Assembly: GCF_000237865.1 (NCBI RefSeq)
Contig: NC_017459.1
Location: 2,370,001 to 2,402,000 of the forward strand
Direction of reading: 5' to 3'
DNA: 32,000 nt
Origin: Haloquadratum walsbyi C23
GTDB taxonomy: Archaea; Halobacteriota; Halobacteria; Halobacteriales; Haloferacaceae
Below are positions 26,197 to 32,000 of the stretch, in pieces. Below the pieces are notes generated by a model that was not told the DNA's origin, did no database searches, and saw only the letters and a list, made by a program, of their open reading frames with translations. A program made the translations under genes and the position numbers. The first letter of the stretch is position 1, and each line of letters opens with the position of its first letter.

Positions 26197-27032
26197 CGAG
26201 TACGAGTGAATCATCAATCGGAGCATCAACTCGGACTAAGAGCGACGGTGAGACTGATACTGAAAGTGAGAGCGGGTCACCAGATAACAAATCAGTCTCA
26301 CAGGCATCTCGTCCCGACCGTGCCGAAGAGTCGTTACTCTCTGTGCGTAGTCTTGATGCTGGATACGGTGATCTTCAGATTCTTACTGATGTGGACATGG
26401 ATGTCGGTTCTAGTGAGTATGTCACCATTGTTGGACCAAACGGTGCTGGGAAATCAACCGTCATGAAGTCTGTTTTTGGATTAACAGCGCATATGGGTGG
26501 TACGGTCACGTTTGATAATGCCGATATTACTGGTCGTCGGCCTGAGGAGATTATTCGAGAAGGAATCGGCTATGTGCCACAAAATGAGAATGTATTCTCG
26601 ACATTAAGTGTACGTGAAAATCTCGAGATGGGCGCATATATCCTTGATTCGGTTCCAGACGATGCACTTGAGGCTGTGTTTAATCGCTTTCCGATACTCA
26701 GAGAACGTCAAGATCAGAAGGCAGGGACAATGTCCGGCGGGCAACAACAAATGCTGGCAATGGGTCGCGCGCTCATGCTCGAACCCGAATTACTCCTATT
26801 AGATGAACCATCAGCAGGATTAGCACCTGATCTTGTTGACGATATGTTTGACCGAATCGACGGAATCAATCGCGATGGGACTGCTGTCCTGATGGTTGAA
26901 CAAAACGCCAAAGAGGCGCTTCAGCGATGTGATCGTGGCTATGTGCTCGCCAATGGGGAAAATCGCTATATGGATGACGGTGACGTGTTACTGAATGATG
27001 AGCAGGTTCGACAGGACTTCCTTGGTGGATAA
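26193..27032 (+). CDS. livF: Branched-chain amino acid ABC transporter ATP-binding protein (LivF type) with Ser/Thr/Asp-rich N-terminal extension
   Basis: Walker A GPNGAGKST, signature MSGGQQQMLAMGRAL, Walker B LLLDEP. ATGA overlap with livG. Confidence 0.9.
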   Translation: MTSTSESSIGASTRTKSDGETDTESESGSPDNKSVSQASRPDRAEESLLSVRSLDAGYGDLQILTDVDMDVGSSEYVTIVGPNGAGKSTVMKSVFGLTAHMGGTVTFDNADITGRRPEEIIREGIGYVPQNENVFSTLSVRENLEMGAYILDSVPDDALEAVFNRFPILRERQDQKAGTMSGGQQQMLAMGRALMLEPELLLLDEPSAGLAPDLVDDMFDRIDGINRDGTAVLMVEQNAKEALQRCDRGYVLANGENRYMDDGDVLLNDEQVRQDFLGG

Positions 27033-27226
27033 TCTGCGATGAGAATAAGAGTATAAAAACCTGATTTACACGGTTTTATTGGTGTAATGAGGATATCATA
27101 GAACTATTTACACAGGCTTGATTTCATCAGGATTTAATAAATTAATTGTCAGGACGAGCCTGCGTATCGGCTACTGAAGATTCTATCAGAATGTCTCGTG
27201 CAAGATGCAGGGCCCGGGTCCACTGG

Positions 27227-27490
27227 TCAGGGTGGGAGATGGCGATCGTAGACATTCCGACGGTGACCGACTGCTTCAACAATCAATCGATCGGCTTCCT
27301 GATCCCAGGTGATGATGGCTCGGTAGTCGCCAGCGCGAAGCTTATAGTATGGATACCCTGAGAGGCGTTCTAACCGATGGTCGGTCCAGTCGGTTGCCTC
27401 GTCGACTTTGTTCAATACACGATCGGCGACGTGGTCTTCAAGATCTCTGAGGTGTTCGAGAGCCTGTTCGGTGTATTCGACGCTCGTCAT
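27227..27490 (-). CDS. relE: RelE/ParE-family type II toxin
   Basis: 87 aa with YKLRAGDYRAIITWDQEADRLIVEAVGHRRNVY, typical of the RelE/ParE C-terminus. ATGA overlap with the upstream antitoxin gene. Confidence 0.8.
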   Translation of the reverse strand: MTSVEYTEQALEHLRDLEDHVADRVLNKVDEATDWTDHRLERLSGYPYYKLRAGDYRAIITWDQEADRLIVEAVGHRRNVYDRHLPP

Positions 27491-27777
27491 TCGTCACTGT
27501 CATCCAGCCCGAGACGTTCTCGGGCTTCAGCGGCTGACACCGTCTCACCGGCCTCACGCTGCTTGCGACTCTCCAAGAGGTCAGCCAAGATCTCCTCTGA
27601 TAACTCGGGTGAGGGATTCAGCCAGTTACGGAGAGCATCGCGGACAGCCTCCGAACGAGAGGAGTAGCCTCGACGCGGATATTCGGACTCGATGGCATCA
27701 AGCACCGTCGAGGGAACCCGAACATCGATTTTTTCCATCCGTTCGGTCTCGGAGGTGTCGTCAGCATCAGTGCTCAT
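27487..27777 (-). CDS. Ribbon-helix-helix (CopG-like) antitoxin
   Basis: KIDVRVPSTVLDAIESEYPRRGYSSRSEAVRDALRNWL is an RHH pattern. 96 aa, directly upstream of the toxin. Confidence 0.75.
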   Translation of the reverse strand: MSTDADDTSETERMEKIDVRVPSTVLDAIESEYPRRGYSSRSEAVRDALRNWLNPSPELSEEILADLLESRKQREAGETVSAAEARERLGLDDSDE

Positions 27778-28029
27778 GCTCTGTGAGACGCACGTCTCAC
27801 AAATAAATCATTGGACTCTTCGAGACGATATTGAGGGGTCCGTTGCCAATTTGTGTGATAACTCGGTAAGAGGTAGAACATAAACTACGTTTCCTGACAC
27901 AGAACGTGTGTGTAAGACTGCGAGCGCGAATGTAGCACGCCGCGTACTGGCAATTGTGCGTGGCGGTGAGTATGATCACATATTGTGACTATTTCCAACC
28001 GTTTCTTTAGAATTCAGCTGAGAGTTGTC

Positions 28030-28398
28030 ATGAGTAAAACAATGACAAACCGATTTGACCCAAAAGTCGGTCTCGTACTAGGAGGTCTTCCGGTTGTGAT
28101 CTTCATACTCATTGGTTTTCGAGATCTCGGTGTGCTCGGTTCGTTAGCGGTCACGTACGCCCTCATCGGATGGCTAATGGCACGCCAGTGGGACATCTGG
28201 CGCGACAGAGGCGGCAGTATCGTCACTACCTGGGCGGTGCTGTTGGTCGTGCCAGTGTTGGGTTCGGGACTGTTTGGCGTACATGATGGGCTCTCTTTGA
28301 CTAATGACCAAGCCTTTGCACTCCGACTATTAGTGTTAGGCGTCGGTTACGCCGCGGCAGGGATCGGCGTTGAGATGGGACGAGCGGCTGAAAAATGA
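28030..28398 (+). CDS. Small integral membrane protein (3-4 predicted TM helices), unknown function
   Basis: Hydrophobic segments LVLGGLPVVIFILIGF, LGSLAVTYALIGWLM, TTWAVLLVVPVLGSGLFG and LLVLGVGYAAAGIGV. ATG at 28030 within track ORF 27985..28398. Confidence 0.55.
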   Translation: MSKTMTNRFDPKVGLVLGGLPVVIFILIGFRDLGVLGSLAVTYALIGWLMARQWDIWRDRGGSIVTTWAVLLVVPVLGSGLFGVHDGLSLTNDQAFALRLLVLGVGYAAAGIGVEMGRAAEK

Positions 28399-28747
28399 CT
28401 ATTTTGGTCCTTCCACCTTGACGTTCAGCAGGATAATCATCATAATTCGCTACAGTTTATAGAAATTGAGACAGTCAGTAGGCAGGGCTACTGACCAGCT
28501 GTCCTATCTAAGTCGGGTGAAGATCGACGGTTATCGGTTGCTGATTTGAACCTCTGTATCTTGCAAGGCGTTTCTGACAGAAGTGGAGCAAGTATAGACT
28601 GATTCTGGTGTGTGAACTTCTTTACTGAGCGATCCACGGATTAGTCAACAAAGTATGTGAATCGTTTATGATATGTTCAGTGTGATAGCTAGTACTACCG
28701 ACACAACGGAAGTGACACTCGCATGGTTACTCTGTTATATTACAGTC

Positions 28748-29506
28748 TCAGTTACGCACGATTCGTGGGAGACCATCTTCACTTGTCGCATACAGTCCAG
28801 TATCGATGATAAATTCTGCAGTGTGCTTCGGAACGACTCGTTCAGCACGCCAGCGAGCGCGGATATTCGCAATGACAGTTGCAAGATCGGAATCATGTTT
28901 GATTGTTGGTTGTGAGTCGAGAAATGCAACATCACATGATGCTGCACTCGCGCAATCGGTAAGTGTCTCAATCGCCGGCGTCTCAAACGCATCAGTAAAA
29001 TCAATCGCCTCGGTAAATCCAGCATAATATACACGACCGCCAGCAGACGGTCCGAGGACAACCTCGTTCGAACGTAACTGCATCGCAGCAGTGTCGATTG
29101 TTGACCGGAGGAGAAAGGGCGTCGTGGGTTCAATGACAGCGACTGATTGTGCATCCTCATCACGAAGAAGGTGTGTCACCGTGTTGCCGACACGACCGGC
29201 GAATGTTGAGCCGACTTGGACCTCAACTCGCGCTACTGAGGGGTCATCAAGTGTCTCGCTGACGATTGTTCCGACTGTTGTTGCAGCCGACTCATTGGTG
29301 TCGACATATTTCTCGGGAAGTGCATCATCCGAACGATAATTTACCAGTAAATCACCGCCAGAGCGATCAACAGCAATGAGCATGTCACGTAAAATAGCGT
29401 CATATAATTCGGCTGTTTCGGACTCTGAGAGTGGACTCGTCTCGGCGAGCGTCTCAAACACGACTCCGGGGCGCGGAGGGTCGGCGAGGATACAAACAAC
29501 TGTCAT
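28748..29506 (-). CDS. DUF2064/TIGR04282-like nucleotide-diphospho-sugar transferase-fold protein
   Basis: The pattern ILADPPRPGVV..TL, QVGSTFAGRVGN, VAVIEPTTPFL, VVLGPSAGGRVYYAGF resembles the DUF2064 family. Confidence 0.5.
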   Translation of the reverse strand: MTVVCILADPPRPGVVFETLAETSPLSESETAELYDAILRDMLIAVDRSGGDLLVNYRSDDALPEKYVDTNESAATTVGTIVSETLDDPSVARVEVQVGSTFAGRVGNTVTHLLRDEDAQSVAVIEPTTPFLLRSTIDTAAMQLRSNEVVLGPSAGGRVYYAGFTEAIDFTDAFETPAIETLTDCASAASCDVAFLDSQPTIKHDSDLATVIANIRARWRAERVVPKHTAEFIIDTGLYATSEDGLPRIVRN

Positions 29507-29605
29507 ACGTGGTCTCCGCAGTCAAGCCGCTTTATTCCAGTGCTCTGATTATTGTACTATGTTCTACTTATTTATTTGAGGATAAAGTCTAACTCAAATT
29601 ATACT

Positions 29606-30241
29606 TCATCGACTTCGTCGTCCCTTCGTCTGTCGGTAGTCCCGTGTGAAGATATTCTCTTTGAGATGAGTCACGAATGCATCAGCATGCGCATCAGTTT
29701 GCTTGGTTAGTGATATCATCGGCACAAGTTCGAATCCACGACCACGAATTGTCGTTGCATGCTCCTCAACAATATCGAATGAGTCTGGTCGTCGTGTCGT
29801 ATAATCGATTGCGAGTTCACGAAGTGTTGTTTCACCGATTGGAATAATGATCTCTGGATTAATCATCCGGATTTCAGCGTTTAAATATGGCTCACAAGCG
29901 CGGATCTCCTCATCGGTCGCAGTACGGTCTGGATGTCGACAGCGCGTCACATACGTAAGAAACGCATTTTGAATATCTGGTTCATCCGCATCGGGGGGTG
30001 TTCGTGCAAACCCAAGTTCTCCGAGAATCGTTTGTAGATGACGACCGGCATCATCGCCGGTGAAGGGGACACCTGTCTGATCGGCACCGGCATGTGGTCG
30101 CTCAGCAACAAAGAGAAAGTCACCACCAACATCACCATATCCGTGAAGAACATTCTCGCGAGTCTCACAAAGCCCTGGACAGTTCTCACATTCAGTGTCC
30201 ATTCCATACGGATTTGCGAGTGAATCATGATTTGCATCCAT
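29606..30241 (-). CDS. Uracil-DNA glycosylase superfamily protein (family 4-like)
   Basis: N-terminal cysteines CENCPGLC, then FVAERPHAGADQTGVPFTGDDAGRHL, which resembles UDG motif A. The likely start is ATG 30241 (MDANHDS) inside track ORF 29606..30334. Confidence 0.6.
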   Translation of the reverse strand: MDANHDSLANPYGMDTECENCPGLCETRENVLHGYGDVGGDFLFVAERPHAGADQTGVPFTGDDAGRHLQTILGELGFARTPPDADEPDIQNAFLTYVTRCRHPDRTATDEEIRACEPYLNAEIRMINPEIIIPIGETTLRELAIDYTTRRPDSFDIVEEHATTIRGRGFELVPMISLTKQTDAHADAFVTHLKENIFTRDYRQTKGRRSR

Positions 30242-30553
30242 ATCATATCGATGCTTACCTGTGAGCAAAAGCAGTCGGTTTAGGATAGCGGATTTGTCGT
30301 CTATGCGATCACTCAAGCACAGCATTTTCCGCAATCGAAATCGGGAACGTTACGTGAGCATGTTCTGACAAGCACCAGAGATCTACTTGGATAGATACAC
30401 GCACGCTGTGCAGGAGTTAGCAGAGAATTCGATATAATATGATTATGATAACGCTCCACGATCTATGTCATGGGTCCCGGGTGAGACAAGAGCGAGATAA
30501 ATACTAATCAGCGTGTCGGTGGATTCAGGAGGATTCCGATTCAATCCTCAGTC

Positions 30554-31255
30554 ATGCATGCGGTTGTTCCAGCGGCAGGACAAGGGACACGACTCGGGGA
30601 ACTGACTGATAATCAGCCAAAGGGTCTCGTCGATATTGGTGGACAGTCGCTTCTTGCGTATGTATTGAATACCGCTATTGAGGCGGGTGCAGACGAACTC
30701 ATTGTCATTATTGGGTATGAGGCAGCACAAATTATTGATCGATTCGGCGACGTATTCGATGGTGTCCCGATTACATATATCCATCAGCGTGAACAGTTAG
30801 GGCTTGGACATGCCGTATTACAGGCTGAATCACAGATTGATGGAGATTTCTTATTGGTAAATGGCGATAATGTATTTACTGGGAGTGTGCGTCCGATCGT
30901 TGATGCATCTGAGCGCTTCGATGCCGTCCTCGGTGTCGAGAAAGTATCACCCGCAGTTGCGCAGACAACAGGTGTTATTCAAACCGATCAGACGGGAAAT
31001 GTCAGCAGTATCGTTGAAAAGCCCGCTGACCCATCATCGACGCTTGTCACAACCGGCTGTTATCTGTTACCTGAGGAGATCTTCATGGCGTGTGAGTTAC
31101 TCCAGCCATCCGCAGAGGGCGAGTATCAACTGAGCGAGGCTGTCGGATTATTAGTCCATGCGGGATATGACGTGGGGACCGTCCAGGTGGGTAAACGGAT
31201 CAACGTGAATACGCCTGGGGATGTTGAGGATGCTGAAGATCTGGTTCGTAGATGA
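30554..31255 (+). CDS. Sugar-1-phosphate nucleotidyltransferase (RmlA/GlmU N-terminal type)
   Basis: MHAVVPAAGQGTRLGELTDNQPKGLV signature G-x-G-T-R-x(n)-PK, then LGLGHAV and VNGDN. Confidence 0.85.
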   Translation: MHAVVPAAGQGTRLGELTDNQPKGLVDIGGQSLLAYVLNTAIEAGADELIVIIGYEAAQIIDRFGDVFDGVPITYIHQREQLGLGHAVLQAESQIDGDFLLVNGDNVFTGSVRPIVDASERFDAVLGVEKVSPAVAQTTGVIQTDQTGNVSSIVEKPADPSSTLVTTGCYLLPEEIFMACELLQPSAEGEYQLSEAVGLLVHAGYDVGTVQVGKRINVNTPGDVEDAEDLVRR

Positions 31256-31426
31256 TATTTAGAATGGTTGTGAGATAACATTGATTTGAGTATGTATGTA
31301 TGCAACTCACATCAGCTCATCATGAGAATCAATGATCAATATCCAGAGGTCGTTTCGATTGATGAGCGCATCGCACGTATGAGATAACACGACGGTTTTT
31401 TATTAACTTATTATCATCTACATGGT

Positions 31427-32000
31427 ATGCAAGCAGTTGTACTGGCCGCCGGCGAAGGGACCCGGCTCCGCCCGTTGACAGAGGATAAGCCAAAGGGAAT
31501 GGTTACTGTCGCAGACAAGCCAATCCTCACGCATTGTTTTGAACGGCTGATTGACCTTGGCGCGGATGAACTATATGTCGTTGTCGGGTATCGAAAAGAA
31601 GCTATTATTGAACACTATGGCGATGAATTTGAAGATGTCCCAATAACGTATGCTCACCAGCGTGAACAAACCGGTCTTGCACATGCGCTATTGACTGTCG
31701 AAGAGCATATCGATGATGACTTCATGTTGATGCTTGGTGATAATATCTTTGAGGCGAATCTGCATGATGTGATCAATCGTCAGCATGAGGATCGCGCCGA
31801 CGCTGCTTTTCTTGTTGAGGAGGTTCCGTGGGAAGAGGCTAGTCGATACGGCGTTTGTGATACAAACAAGTATGGCGAGATCGTCGAGGTCGTTGAAAAA
31901 CCTGATGAGCCCCCATCAAACCTCGTGATGACCGGATTCTATACATTTACCCCAGCCATCTTTCATGCATGTCATCTGGTACAACCATCTGGTCGTGGCG
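31427..32000 (+). CDS. Sugar-1-phosphate nucleotidyltransferase paralogue, 3' end outside window
   Basis: Translated by hand from ATG 31427: MQAVVLAAGEGTRLRPLTEDKPKGMV..QREQTGLAHAL..MLGDNIF..EKPDEPPSNLVMTGFY. Open to the window end. An AT-rich TATA-like stretch lies 15-30 nt upstream. Confidence 0.85.
   Translation, partial: MQAVVLAAGEGTRLRPLTEDKPKGMVTVADKPILTHCFERLIDLGADELYVVVGYRKEAIIEHYGDEFEDVPITYAHQREQTGLAHALLTVEEHIDDDFMLMLGDNIFEANLHDVINRQHEDRADAAFLVEEVPWEEASRYGVCDTNKYGEIVEVVEKPDEPPSNLVMTGFYTFTPAIFHACHLVQPSGRG

Overview
The window is a haloarchaeal chromosome segment. Evidence: D/E-rich proteins, Orc1/Cdc6 initiators, long AT-rich spacers and low coding density. Overall GC looks low for a haloarchaeon, so it is Haloquadratum-like by inference only.

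**1-8.3 kb:** a nonulosonic-acid (pseudaminic/legionaminic-type) sugar cluster. It holds a DegT aminotransferase, a NeuB-type synthase, a PseG-like hydrolase and a cytidylyltransferase. It also contains an unusual split dikinase-like pair (stand-alone ATP-grasp plus a swivel-His/PEP-barrel protein) and a divergent metallophosphoesterase.

**8.3-13.4 kb:** an accessory patch. It holds an IS4-family transposase pseudogene with two in-frame TGA codons, a hairpin-dense GC-rich stretch, a GC-rich SWIM zinc-finger gene and small decayed ORFs.

**13.4-21.9 kb:** the most unusual part, a composite replication island.
- Two Orc1/Cdc6 genes.
- Three sequence-distinct ORB families plus a phased 42-bp iteron array.
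- Two segmental duplications.
- A 165-bp MITE with an 8-bp target duplication and a preserved empty site.
- A wHTH/PIN-like/DUF555-like operon.
- The island ends at a tRNA-Thr(UGU) gene with a non-canonical 8/14/21 core.

**22-32 kb:** ordinary genes. These are a GNAT acetyltransferase, livHMGF (no binding-protein gene nearby), a RelE/RHH toxin-antitoxin pair, a small membrane protein, a DUF2064-like protein, a family-4-like UDG and two tandem sugar nucleotidyltransferase paralogues.

No rRNA or CRISPR array was seen. All family assignments come from motif recognition by eye. No database search was run.
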